Assembly (NCBI GenBank): GCA_964016885.1
Contig: OZ024762.1
Span: forward strand, 18,600,001 to 18,664,000
Direction of reading: 5' to 3'
DNA length: 64,000 nt
Source: Eledone cirrhosa
Lineage: Eukaryota
The notes under the pieces are model-generated. The model saw nothing but the letters and a program-made list of their open reading frames with translations, was not told the DNA's origin and did not search any database. Positions 26,368-44,694 of the stretch are shown piece by piece. The position numbers and the translations under genes were made by a program. The first letter of the stretch is position 1. Every line of letters starts with the position of its first letter.

Positions 26368-26416
<49 letters not shown>

Positions 26417-26915
26417 CCATAATTTTCAGTATTACCACTCCACAAAAATTCCTCAATTTGTATGTGTGGATGTGTCTGTGTGTCTGTGGGGGTGGGTGTG
26501 AGTGTATGTGCAAGTCAACCAACATAAGTCTTTTTATATGTAAATTTTCTAGCATTCGACTCTAACCATGAATTTCAGTAGTACCACCCCACATAAATTC
26601 CTCAATTTAAGAATGACCTGTAGTATCGAATTTCATACTATAAACCTCAATTGAATATATATCTGACCAGGAATGCTTTTTGTGAAAATCAGTCATATGG
26701 AACTATTGTCATCTTGCCTGACGGTTTGAACTTTACAACACCACCTGCCTCTTTGAGGTCAAATACCAACCCTACTAGCATCTACAAACTGACCAATGAG
26801 AATTAAGATTATTCCTGCTGACAACATTAAATTATCCCTAACAAGCTCATATGTCCCAAGGCTCTGATTCCATCAACACCATAAACACAGAGCTGGCATA
26901 TCTAAGAACTGACTA

Positions 26916-26971
26916 ATTGCCTGATGAGGTCATAGCCACTCAATGGCTATCATCGAAATATATATAGCAGT
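26916..26971 (+). ncRNA. Type I hammerhead ribozyme
   Basis: attgc CTGATGA ggtcatagcca-ctcaa-tggctatcatc GAAA tatat ATA gcagt. 10/11-bp stem II, 5-bp stem I. Confidence 0.72.
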
Positions 26972-27041
26972 AAATAAAGGATTATGAGTTCATGCAATTG
27001 ACTTATGTTTCGTCACTATATATATATATATATATATATAT

Positions 27042-27155
27042 TTAATTATATAATAAACAACACAATATAATTATTCCATTACCCAAGGTTTCACGAGGTT
27101 AGACGATTCTTGGGTAATGGAATAATTACATTGTGTTGTTCGTTATCTAATTAAA
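27042..27155. repeat. Inverted repeat with hammerhead 3' half (GAAAccttgGGTA on minus), next to (TA)n
   Basis: aacaacacaatataattattccattacccaag ... cttgggtaatggaataattacattgtgttgtt. Confidence 0.55.
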
Positions 27156-27250
27156 TAGCTCTGTACAATACATAGAGCACTCTTCTTTCCTTTACTATTT
27201 CAACGGAAATACTTAATGCACACACACACACACACACACTCACACTCACA

Positions 27251-27322
<72 letters not shown>

Positions 27323-27794
27323 TATATATATATGCTTTTTTGTGTGAAATGTTGCCACATAACGAATTATAACTATGAAATAGTGAAAGAAACGAAAAAA
27401 TTGAGTCAATTACGCTTGGAATCCTAAAACCGGAAACGGAACCACGCATCTACCGGACGACCCCGAAAGACTTTATACGAAAGCAGCCGGACTACATTTT
27501 CAGAATCATAGAAAACTTATTTAACTGTTTTATAGTGAAATAATAAACGTCAAAATGTTTCTAAGTTCAATAACTACGTTAACCATAATGAAAGAAATGA
27601 ATAGAGTTGACAACAAAACACCCACTATATATATGTGTGTGTGTGCGTGTGTGTGTGTGTGCATTGTGTGTATGTGTGTATGTGTGTATGTGTGTGTGTA
27701 TATATATATGTAAATACATAAATATTTAGGTATATGTAAGTATATATATGTATATATATGTGAATATATATACACATTTAGATATATGAATAAT

Positions 27795-27836
<42 letters not shown>

Positions 27837-28105
27837 AATATATGAATTTATATATATATGTATATATATGTATATATACACATTTAGATATATGTATAAA
27901 TATGTATATATGTATATATATGAATATATATTTATATATATATGTATATATGTATGATTTTCTTTATTTAACGTTATACTTTATAATATGTCTCATCGGA
28001 ATACACAAGCACAGACATATATACACAATGCAAAAGATGGCCAGGCATGTATTAATGTGTATCAATATTAATGTTTGTAGCTATCGATATATATATATGT
28101 ATATA

Positions 28106-28161
<56 letters not shown>

Positions 28162-28390
28162 GATATATACATAGATATAAACTCATATATTCGCAGACAC
28201 ATAAAGATATCTAAATATATACAAATATACATATACGTATTTATATATATTCCTATTTATATATGTACACACATATATATATATATATATAAACACACAT
28301 AGACGCATAGATATATACATATATACACTTAGATATAAATATATATATATACACACATATATACATATATATATATACATATATATATAC

Positions 28391-28440
<50 letters not shown>

Positions 28441-28979
28441 CTATATATATATATATATGTGTGTGTGTATGTGTGGGTATGTATATACAGACTAACACTA
28501 TGCACACATTTAAATATAAAGGTGTGTGTGTAAGCGTGCGTTACGGATTCTATAGACATCAACTAATAGAAGATATTCGATATATCTCATGCATATTCAT
28601 GAGTTTGAAGATGATATTTCCCAAGTCTGAATATTGTAATAACTGTTTATACTCCCCCGACAATAGTTGTCATTAATAAACAGAGTGAATGAGCCTTTGT
28701 ACTCTGCAATGATGACTGTAATGACGATAACCTAGGCTCATTCATAGTCCATAAGTATACAGTGTCACACACACACACACCACTTCACCACCACGCCGCC
28801 TATACATTCATACAGCCCAACACACACATATGTATATATATATAATGTATGTATATATATATATATATATTTGTATATATATATGTATATGTATATATTT
28901 GTATATATGTATATATATATATATATGTATGTATGTATGTATATGTATGTATATATATATATGTATATGTATGTATATG

Positions 28980-29011
<32 letters not shown>

Positions 29012-29217
29012 TATGTATGTATATATATATATATGTATATATGTATGTATATGTATGTATATGTATATATATATATATGTATGTATATGTATATATATAT
29101 GTATATGTATGTATATATATATATGTATATATGTATGTATATGTATATATATATGTATATATGTATGTATATGTATATATATATATGTATATATGTATGT
29201 ATGTGTATATATATATA

Positions 29218-29337
29218 GGAGCAACGTGAAATAAAGTGTCTCGCTCAAGGACATAACGCATCGCCCGGTCCAGGAATCGAACTCACAACCTCAACATTGT
29301 GAATCCAATTCTCTAACCACTCAGCCACACGCCTTCA
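29218..29337 (-). mobile_element. tRNA-derived CORE-like SINE (family S2), truncated
   Basis: Minus strand: gtggctgagtggttag (A box), gagttcgattcc (B box), then gtccttgagcgagacactttattt (CORE-like). Confidence 0.75.
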
Positions 29338-29338
29338 C

Positions 29339-29398
<60 letters not shown>

Positions 29399-29520
29399 TA
29401 TATATATATATAAATATTTGTATATATGTATATATATATATGTGTATATATTTATATATATATATGTGTATATATTTATATATATATATATATATACATA
29501 TATATATAAATATTTGTATA

Positions 29521-29572
<52 letters not shown>

Positions 29573-31783
29573 GACACATACACACACACATATATATATA
29601 CATATACATTCATACATACATATATATATGTGTATGTGTATGTGTATGTGTGGGTGTATGCATATATAAGTGTGTTTGTGTGAATATGTCTATAGACATA
29701 ACAGTGTGTGTGTGTGCGACGTATATCTACTTATATATATAACCACCAATTTCTCTGTCTGTCTGTCCGACAGTGGAAACACGTGTGTAGAGAGAGAGTG
29801 AGAGTGAAAGAAAGAGACAGACTACGAGAGGGGGATAGCGGGAGGGAGAGAGGGAGAGAGAGAGTGAATAGACGCTAAAACACGTGCTATAGAAACATTA
29901 CCTTCCCCTCTCAACTGACTTTGGTCACTGAGGCCGAGGGAATCGCTGGTTGCTATAGAGACACCTTGCACAAGCCAGAAGTAACCAGTTCGAGGCGGTT
30001 CTGACTTGACACCATGCGAAGAAGGTTGCCATTGAATTTGTGGTGTTTCTGCTGATAATAAGGACCATTTGAAGAAGGTTTCTGCTGATGAGGTAATTTA
30101 TTAATCAGATTGCGCAGTTCCATAACCTACGTTTGATTTGTTCAATTTTTTTCTTCAATTTATTTTTGTTGTTTTTTTTTATTTCTTATTGAAAAAATAT
30201 AAATAATAAAATAAGGTTAGAAATTTAAATACGATTTAATTTCCATTTCCAGCATCCAATGTCCAGTGTTCAATTTCATGAAAAAATTGGAAATAATTCA
30301 AAAAATTGAAGTTTAACTTTTGAACATTTGTTTTGCAATAAAAAATATTTCCTTATTCACACCTAATGGTATGATTAAAATTTCATAGGAATATTTTTTT
30401 CTAACCGCCAGTTATTTAAATATTATTAAAAATAAATTTTATTATATTATTAAAAATGGATTTTTTTACCACCTTCCAAGCCTTAAACACGAATTCTCGC
30501 GAATTTGTGTTTTGTAATGACCCCCAGGACGCTGCTATTGTTGATTCCAATAGTGCCTGGTATTCGAATATGTTAGTATACAATTTTTTGAATAAAATTA
30601 AGGCGCAATTAGAGCTGCCAAACAAAATTTTTTTCGGCTTCGGCCCATATTATATATATATATAATGGGGATGATGATGATGATATACATAGTTACATAT
30701 GTATATGTAATCTCTTTATAATATATAACCAGCAATTTCTCTGTCTGTCTGTCCGACAGTGGAAACATGTGCGCGCGTTTGAATGTTTTTTGCGCACGCG
30801 TAGAGAGAGAGTGAGAGTGAAAGAAAGAGACAGACTACGAGAGGGGGATAGCGGGAGGGAGAGAGAGAGAGAGAGATATAGTGAATAGACGCTAAAACAC
30901 GTGCGCGCGTGCGAATGTTTTTTGCGCACGCGTAGATAGAGAGTGAGAGTGAAAGAAAGAGACAGACTACAAGAGGGGGATAGCGGGAGGGAGAGAGGGG
31001 TAATTGAGGAGTGCTACAGAAACATATATACATTTCTGTGTGTGTGTAATATATATATATATACACACACAGAAATATATATACATTTCTGTGTGTGTAA
31101 TATATATATATACACACAGAAATATATATACATTTCTGTGTGTGTAATATATATATATATACACACAGAAATATATATACATTTCTGTGTGTGTAATATA
31201 TATATATACCAGCAGAAAACCACCCGTGGGTGGTTTTCTGCTAGTCTCTATATATAAAACAGAGGATGTCTGTCTGTATGTCTGTTTCCCTAAAACTCGA
31301 GAAGTACCCAACCGTTTTTTTTCAAACTTTACACATGTAACCCGTATCGCCCCGGAAGTGTTTTGAGTAAAACAAAATTTCAAATTATTCTGACCTAGGG
31401 ATCGAATTATTGAAGTGGCCAATGTCTGTACATAATGAGGGAGTGAGAGGGGAGAGAAAGAAACGGAGAGGCGAAGTGAAGAAATGGCTCTATACTCCTC
31501 CTCCTCCTTCTCACCATTCGTCACAGCGTTTTTCGATAGAGGGGAGAAATGTGAACGAGTTACAGAGAGAAAGAGTGAGAGTGAAAGAAACAGACAGACT
31601 AAAAGAGGGGGATAGCGGGAGAGAGAGAGAGAGAGAGACAGACGCCGTCTTTTGACAGTGGAATAACTATTGCGTGTGTGCGTACGTGCGTGCGTGTGTG
31701 TGTGTGAATGTGTGTGCGTTTGCATGCGTGAGTGTGTATGTGTGCGTGAGTGATTATAAACTCTCTCACATGATCTGATGGAA

Positions 31784-31990
31784 TTAACCCTTTAGCATTT
31801 ACATTACTCTATATATACTATATTATTTTCATGGTAAAGGCTTTATCTCACATAATATCTCACATAACATTTACATTACTCTATATATACTATATTATTT
31901 TCATGGTAAAGGCTTTATCTCACATAATATAAAAATCTCATAGATTTAATATTATTTATTTTCAGAACAATACCTTAACCCTTTAGTATT
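31784..31990. mobile_element. Rearranged piggyBac-type MITE
   Basis: Begins TTAACCCTTTAGCATTTAC; internal ~70-bp duplication; second TTAACCCTTTAG at about 31975. Confidence 0.65.
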
Positions 31991-32752
31991 AATGTGAGTT
32001 ATAAAGAGAAAGAGTGAGAGTGAAAGAAACAGACAGGCTAAAAGAAGGGGATAGCGGGAGAGAGAGAGAGAGAGAGAGAGACGCTGGAAGAGGGGAAGGA
32101 AAGCTATATGTCTTGCTGTCTGCATTACGATACATAGATATATAGACTAGCAGAAAACCACCCGGTGGGCGGTTTTCTGCTAGCAAATCTAGTGTATATA
32201 CTGATATTGTTGAGATTTGGATGAGAAATGTTTTCGGCACCACATGTTCACCGTCTCTCGGTGTGTCTTTTATGCATGTATAAATATATATGTTATCTAT
32301 ACGGTGAAATCTTTGAAATAAATATATGTTAAAACGAAAAAGGAGAAAAAGAGATTAGTGCCGGAAATATAAACGTTATGATACATAAACGTTATGATAT
32401 AACGATGGTAATATATCTTCAAAAGGTCCTTGGCATGGTGTCAAGTCAGAACCGCCTCGAACTGGTTACTTCTGGCTTGTGCAAGGTGTCTCTATAGCAA
32501 CCAGCGATTCCCTCGGCCTCAGTGACCAAAGTCAGTGGAGAGGGGAAGGTAATGTTTCTATAGCGACAGTGTTTCTCTTGGTAGTACCAAAATGGAGAAA
32601 GGAAGGGGAAGGTAATATTTCTGTAGCACCTACATTTGAGTTTTAGGGAAGGACAGACAGACAGACAGACAAACAGAGAAATGCCCATATATTTCTGTGT
32701 GTGTATATAGATATATATATATATTACACACACAGAAATGTATATATATTTC

Positions 32753-32801
<49 letters not shown>

Positions 32802-33123
32802 CACACACAGAAATGTATATATATTTCTGTCTGTATATATATATATTTCTGTGTGTGTATATATATATATATATATTACACACACAGAAATGTATATATA
32901 TTTCTGTGTGTATATATATATATTACACACACAGAAATGTATATATATTTCTGTGTGTGTATATATATATATATTACACACACAGAAATGTATATATATT
33001 TCTTAGAACAAAATTATTATTAATGTTTTGCTGTTCATAACAATTGGAATTGAAAAATTACTTTTGAAATTATTAGTTATTTTACTAATGCTTAGATATG
33101 TAAAAATGAAGCAATGTTTCTAA

Positions 33124-33314
33124 TAATTGTTTCTACTTTTGGCACAAGGCCAGCAATTACTCAGTACATTACTGGTACTTTATTTTATCGACCACGTGAG
33201 GATGAAAGGCAAAGTTAACCTCGGCAGTATTTGAACTCAGACCGTAAAGGGACGTAACTCCATGCTATGAAGCATGGTGTCCGACTCTCTACAGATTCTG
33301 CCAATCCACCGCCC
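33124..33314 (-). mobile_element. Full-length S1 SINE
   Basis: Same consensus as 24343-24533. Confidence 0.85.
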
Positions 33315-34703
33315 TAATGTCTGTACGTAATGACGGAGTGAGAAGGGAGAGAAAGAAAGGCAGAGGTGAAGTGACGAAGTGACTCTCTCCTCCTCCTCCT
33401 CCTCCATCTCCCCATTCGTCACAGCGATAGAGGGGAGGAATGTTAGTGTGTTACAAAGAGAAAGAGTGAGAGTGAGAGAAACAGACAGAATAAAAGAGAG
33501 GGATAGCTGGAGAGAGAGAGAGAGATAGCAACCACGCGCGCACGTGTTTCCACTGTCGGACAGACAGACAGAGAAATTGCTGGTTATATATTATAAGGAG
33601 ACTAGCAGAAAACCACCCGGTGGGCGGTTTTCTGCTAGCAAATCTAGTCTATATACTGATATTGTTGAGATTTGGATGAGAAATGTTTTCGGCACCACAT
33701 GTTCACCGTCTCTCGGTGTGTCTTTTATGCATGTATAAATATATATGTTATCTATACGGTGAAATCTTTGAAATAAATATATGTTAAAACGAAAAAGGAG
33801 AAAATAAATAACTGGCGGTTAGAAAAAAATATTCCTATGAAATTTTAATCATACCATTAGGTGTGAATAAGGAAATATTTTTTTTATTGCAAAACAAATG
33901 TTCAAAAGTTAAACTTCAATTTTTTGAATTATTTCCAATTTTTTCATGAAATTGAACACTGGACATTGGCTGCTGGAAATGGAAATTAAATCGTATTTAA
34001 TTGTATTTAAATTTCTAAGCTTATTTTATTATTTACATTTTTTCAATAAGAAATAAAAAAAAACGACAAAAAAAATTGAAGAAAAAAATTGAACAAATCA
34101 AACGTAGGTTATGGAACTGCGCAATCTGATTAATAAATTACCTCATCAGCAGCAACCGTCTTCAAATGGCCCTTATTATCAGCAGCAACACCACAAATTC
34201 AATGGCAACCTTCTTCGCATGGTATCAAGTCAGAACCGCCTCGAACTGGTTACTTCTGGCTTGTGCAAGGTGTCTCTATAGCAACCAGAGATTCCCTCGG
34301 CCTCAGTGACCAAAGTCAGTGGAGAGGGGAAGGTAATGTTTCTGTAGCACGTGTTTTAGCGTCTATTCACTCTCTCTCTCCCTCTCTCCCTCCCGCTATC
34401 CTCCTCTCGTAGTCTGTCTCTTTCTTTCACTCTCACTCTCTCTCTACGTACGTGTTTCCACTCTCAGACAGACAGACAGAGAAATTGGTGGTTATATATA
34501 TAAGTAGATATATATATATAATTATATATTCGTGTACAGATATTTTTGCATACACAATAACAAAATATAATTAAACGTATTTATTTCACGAGGCTCAATA
34601 ACGATAAATATATATCAAATATATAAGAACCCTAGAGCAAATCCCGAGTAACGCCGGGCCATTCTGCTAGTATTTCATAAAGTAAAAACATCTCTTCTTT
34701 CTT

Positions 34704-36093
34704 GTACCATACCATACCATACTACACTAAACCACACCATACCATACCATACTACATCATACCATACCATATCATACCATACTACACCATGCCATACCAT
34801 ACTACACTACACTATAACATATCACACCATACCGAACCATACCACACCATACCACACCATACCATGCCATACCTTACAACACCGTACCATATCACACCAT
34901 AGCATACCATACTACACCATACCATACCATGCCATACCATACTACACCATACCATGTCATACCACACCATAGCATGCTATACCATACTACACCATACCAC
35001 ACCATACCATGCTATACCATACTACACCATACCATATCACACCATACCATACCACACCATACCATGCCATACAATACCACACCATACCACACCATACCAT
35101 ACCATACCATACCTTACAACACCATACCATACCACCCCCACCCCACCACACCATACCATATCACACAACACCACACCACACCATATAATACCACACCATA
35201 CCATTCTATACCATACCATACCACACCACACCATATCAAACTATACAATACCATACCCTATCATACCACACCGCACCATACCATACGATTCTATACCATA
35301 CTATACCACACTACACCATATCACACCATACATAACCATACCCCACCATACCATACCACACCATACCATACTACATCAGGCAACATCATATCACACCATA
35401 CCATGTCATTTCCTATCATACTATACCACACCACACCACACCATACCATACCATACCACCCCACACCAAACCACACCACACCATACCATACTATACCATT
35501 CTATACCATACTATACCATTCTATACCATACTATACCATACCACACCACCCCACCCCACACAACACTATACCATACTATACCACTCCATACCACACCACC
35601 CAACACCACACCACACCATACTATACCACACCATACCATACTATACCACTCCATACCACACCACACAACACCACACCATACTATACCATACCATACCATA
35701 CTATACACTCCACACCACACAACACCACACCACACCATACTATACCATACCATACTATACCACTCCATACCACACCATACTATACCATACCATACGATAC
35801 CACTCCATACCACACCACACCATACTATACCATACCATACCATACTATACCACTCCATACCACACCACACAACACCACACCATACCATACCACACCACAC
35901 AACGCCCCACCACACCATACAACACCACACAACACCACACCATACCACACCACACAACACTATACTATACCACACCACACAACACCACACCACACCATAC
36001 TATACCACACCACACTATACCACCCCACACAACACTACACCACACCACACCACACCACACCATACCATACCATACCATACTATACCATTCCAT
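34704..36093. repeat. Degenerate pentanucleotide satellite (ATACC/ACACC)n
   Basis: About 1.4 kb of accat/accac/actat units; explains the H/T/P/Y-rich ORFs. Confidence 0.95.
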
Positions 36094-36504
36094 TTCCCAG
36101 AACGTCAAGAAAGAAAATCCGAGATAACAAGAATAACAAACAGTATGTATGAAGTTAAATAAAGTAGGAATAATGGCGTCAAAGATGTTGGTCATATATT
36201 TGCAACGTCATTTACTTTCTCGCCATTTTGTTTGATCAGTCGAGAAAATTAAGTACCGTTCTTCCGCCACATACCTCCCCCGCCATCGCCGCCGCCGCCT
36301 TCTGTCTTCTTCACTAACACTACCATCAGCTTCATAGTGGTAGTGGTTTTGGTGGTTGTTGTTGTGGTGGTGGTGGCTGATGGTGTTGCTGGTAGTGACA
36401 ATGATAGCGGTGGAGGTGGTGAAGAAATACTACCGTTGCCACCATTGCCGCCACCATGGACACCAAAATGGACACCGCCACCATACACACATATATATTT
36501 GTAT

Positions 36505-36585
<81 letters not shown>

Positions 36586-36854
36586 TATGTACACGTACAT
36601 ACATATATGTATACAGACGTACAGTAGTATGTATATATATATATACATACATGCACACATATATATATGTACGTATGGATATACGTACATATATATATGT
36701 GTGCATGTATGTATATATATACATACTACTGTACGTCTGTATATATATATGTATGTACGTGTACATACTTATATTTAAGTAACAGCCGTACTAAGAGTGG
36801 GAAATGAAATTTCGTTTCATTTTTTCCGTTTATATATATATATATATACATGTA

Positions 36855-36885
<31 letters not shown>

Positions 36886-37005
36886 ATAATATATATATGT
36901 ATATATAGGGATCACATACTCACACACAAACACACATATGTATGTATCTATAAACAGATCTCACATCCATACCTACGTACCTAAGTACATATGTACATAC
37001 AAACG

Positions 37006-37054
<49 letters not shown>

Positions 37055-37276
37055 TTATGTTTATATATATATACAAATGTATATATGTTTATGTATATAC
37101 AAATGTATATATGTTTATATATATATACAAATGTATTGATGTTTATATATATACAAATGTATATATGTTTATATATATACAAATGTATATATGTTTATAT
37201 ATATATATACAAATGTATATATGTTTATATATATACATACAAATGTATATATGCATTTATATATACAAATATATAC

Positions 37277-37314
<38 letters not shown>

Positions 37315-37442
37315 GTACCGTGGTAGCTATGGTGCTTCCGTAGGCGGTATGCCAAAATTAGCACTCGATATTCATCAGTGTAGAGTGTAGATATTATAAA
37401 GAAAACGAAAAATCAGTGATGCATCTGGACTTAGTTTATTTG

Positions 37443-37531
37443 GTGTTACAAATGTTTCGCCGGCATCTAGCTCGAGTCATGGTCCTTGTATGGATCTGGC
37501 TGATTCTACTTCTGCGGGTTCTTTCAGACAC
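37443..37531 (-). ncRNA. Degenerate type I hammerhead ribozyme
   Basis: Minus strand: gtgt CTGAAAGA ... GAAA cattt GTA acac. One extra base in the core and a long irregular stem II. Confidence 0.45.
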
Positions 37532-37744
37532 GAGTCTTACGTCCGGAGCAAATGTTGATTTGCTACGGACATAACACTCGTTTTTCGCTAATTTCCAATA
37601 GCCGAAATACGATTCTCGCTAATTTATATTTGAATATATATATATATATATATATATCCCAAAGTTTTATTTAAAATTGTTGGGATACAACAAGTAAATA
37701 TTTTATAACTGATATAAAGCACTCGACAAGTTTTTGGAGTAGAT

Positions 37745-38019
37745 ATACGATATTAAATATATGGAAACTATATTTATAAAACCATATTTATTTCATTATA
37801 CATATTTCAGGGATACCAAATAAAAATATGGCATGCCTTCGTCAGATAAAGTACAATATATAAACAGTTTTATAAATAATTTTGACGTACCCTATTAGAA
37901 GCGACCATTATTTTTGGAAGCTGACGAAGGCATGCCATATTTTAATTTGGTATCCCTGAAATATGTATAATGAAATAAATATGGTTTTATAAATCTAGTT
38001 TCCATTTATTTAATATCGT

Positions 38020-38021
<2 letters not shown>
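37745..38021. mobile_element. Tail-outward inverted repeat of a hammerhead-bearing element end
   Basis: About 100-bp arms at 37745-37845 and 37921-38021, both ending exactly at CTGACGA. The right arm abuts a (TA)n tract. Confidence 0.7.
37792..37850 (-). ncRNA. Type I hammerhead ribozyme (left arm of an inverted repeat)
   Basis: Minus strand: tttat CTGACGA aggcatgcca...tggtatccct GAAA tatgt ATA atgaa. Mirror copy on + at 37921-37975 lacks the 5' strand of stem I. Confidence 0.68.
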
Positions 38022-42310
<4,289 letters not shown>

Positions 42311-42750
42311 TACATGTGTGCGTGCGTTTGTGTGTGAGCGTGTGAACCCTATAAATATACAAACATACTAGAATATCAAGATCTCCACAGCCTGATGGAG
42401 TTATAATAGTATTATAATTATTGGGCTTCTTATATGTATATATTTAGATTTATCAGGCTGTAAATAAAGGAATTTCCATTGACAATAGAGAATATCAGAA
42501 TAAGAGAATATAAAATACAGTATAATCTGGAACATTGGAATCATGTTCTGAATTATTAATAGATAATAGAGGAATAGGCCCAGAGTGAGAGAAACAGAGG
42601 TCTTTCAAAAGGAGCTTTTGGTATTAATTTAGCTATAAACGTATCTGTCTGTGTGTGTGTGTATGTGGATAAATATGTACAAGTATGTGTGTGTATATAT
42701 GTATATATATGTATATATGTATATGTACATATATATGTATATATATATAC

Positions 42751-42782
<32 letters not shown>

Positions 42783-43039
42783 TTATATATATATATATAT
42801 ATATATGAATATATATATATATATATATATGTACATATACATATATACATATATATATATATATATGTGTATATATATATATATATATATGTACATATAC
42901 ATATATATATATACATATACATATATACATATATATATATATATGTGTATATATATATATATGTACATATACATATATATATATACATATACATATATAT
43001 ATATATACATATATATGTATATATATATACATATATATG

Positions 43040-43077
<38 letters not shown>

Positions 43078-43177
43078 AATAAATGTATATATATATACAT
43101 ATATATATGTATATATATGTATATATATATACATATATATATATGTATATATATATACATATATATATATGTATATA

Positions 43178-43216
<39 letters not shown>

Positions 43217-43261
43217 CGTAAAATAAGAAAATTATAAAATTAACTTACTTACTAAAAAATC

Positions 43262-43344
43262 ACTTCCAACTAATTAGTTTCTGGAATGGAGTAAATATAT
43301 TTTCCGAAGAAACATATAGAAAATCATTCCGTCATCAGGAAAGT
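43262..43344 (-). ncRNA. Type I hammerhead ribozyme (family A, inverted arm)
   Basis: Reverse-complement copy of the 43750-43832 motif (tcatcag at 43332-43338). Confidence 0.7.
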
Positions 43345-43749
43345 CTTTTTCCGTATAGGTCTCCAGTTCTGCAACCCCATGCATTGAACCACATTGTTAA
43401 TAAGACAAAACCTATATATTTGCTAGCATTGATATGCATCTGTGTGTATATAAATGTTACTAGATATAAATTCCTTATAATTATCTCCAATTCATTTGTC
43501 GAGCAATATTTGGCCATGACTGCTACTATGGTGGTAAGCTGGCCGCTGTCTTAATAACCACTCGCTTTCCACTGATTGACCTCGATGTCACGTGATTGAT
43601 TCTTTTTGAATTTGCCACAGACGTAGAGGCAGTGATTTTCTCAATGGCTTGGAATCCAGTCCACGCTCCGCTATTTCCATTCCACTGAATTATTTTTTTT
43701 AATAAGTTTCCAGTGTCCTTGCTATGCCTGGAGACCTATACGGAAAAAG

Positions 43750-43832
43750 ACTTTCCTGATGACGGAATGATTTTCGATATGTTTCTTCGGAAAATATATT
43801 TACTCCATTCCAGAAACTAATTAGTTGGAAGT
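43750..43832 (+). ncRNA. Type I hammerhead ribozyme (family A)
   Basis: actttc CTGATGA c ggaatg...cattcc a GAAA ctaatta GTT ggaagt. Confidence 0.72.
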
Positions 43833-44044
43833 GATTTTTTAGTAAGTAAGTTAATTTTATAATTTTCTTATTTTACGTCTCTCATATTATTGTTCTGCAA
43901 CCCCATGCATTGAACCACATTGTTAATAAGACAAAACCTATATATTTGCTAGCATTGATATGCATCTGTGTGTATATAAATGTTACTAGATATAAATTCC
44001 TTATATATATATATATGTATATATGTATATATATATATAAATAA

Positions 44045-44092
<48 letters not shown>

Positions 44093-44105
44093 ATATATAT
44101 ACATA

Positions 44106-44166
<61 letters not shown>

Positions 44167-44401
44167 GTATATATATATATAAATAAATGTATATATATAT
44201 ACATGTATATATATATACATATATATATGTATATATATATATGGATATGTGAAACTAAAAACAATATCATTTGTACTGCCACTGTTTTTTGTTCTCTGTG
44301 CATTTATTAAACAATATGTATATATATATGTATATGGATATATATATGTATATATATATGTATATATATATATATGTATATATATACATATATATATATA
44401 T

Positions 44402-44471
<70 letters not shown>

Positions 44472-44498
44472 ACATATATGTATATATATATATATGTC

Positions 44499-44546
<48 letters not shown>

Positions 44547-44587
44547 TTATATATGTCTATATATATATATATATATTTATATATGTC

Positions 44588-44618
<31 letters not shown>

Positions 44619-44663
44619 GTCTATATATATATATATATTTATATATATATGTCTCTCTCTCTC

Positions 44664-44694
<31 letters not shown>

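Larger units (their letters stand above)
29726..34670. mobile_element. Cluster of nested and tandem non-autonomous Helitron-like modules in both orientations
   Basis: TC...tatataa...(tctg)n 5' ends at 29726, 30711, 31245 (+) and 33600, 34508 (-). Hairpin plus CTAG 3' ends at 31210-31244, 32148-32192, 33601-33648 and 34643-34670. 29726-30418 is inverted at 33805-34508; 32147-32350 is repeated at 33600-33805. Confidence 0.7.
43209..44003. mobile_element. Non-coding hammerhead-containing element, family A copy 2
   Basis: Inverted arm 43209-43366, then a forward segment with a 526-bp period (ttctgcaacccc at 43367 and 43893). Embedded in (TA)n on both sides. Confidence 0.78.

Noticed and set aside
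29218-29337. tRNA gene candidates (also 53578 and the S1 heads)
   Set aside because: A and B boxes are present but there is no complete cloverleaf, and each is followed by a SINE body.
30416-30665. Overlapping 69-aa ORFs inside the Helitron-like cluster
   Set aside because: Short, no recognisable domain; could be captured sequence but unsupported.
34929-36162. About 400-aa His/Thr/Pro/Tyr-rich ORFs
   Set aside because: Pentanucleotide satellite; the period of 5 and parallel open frames argue against coding.
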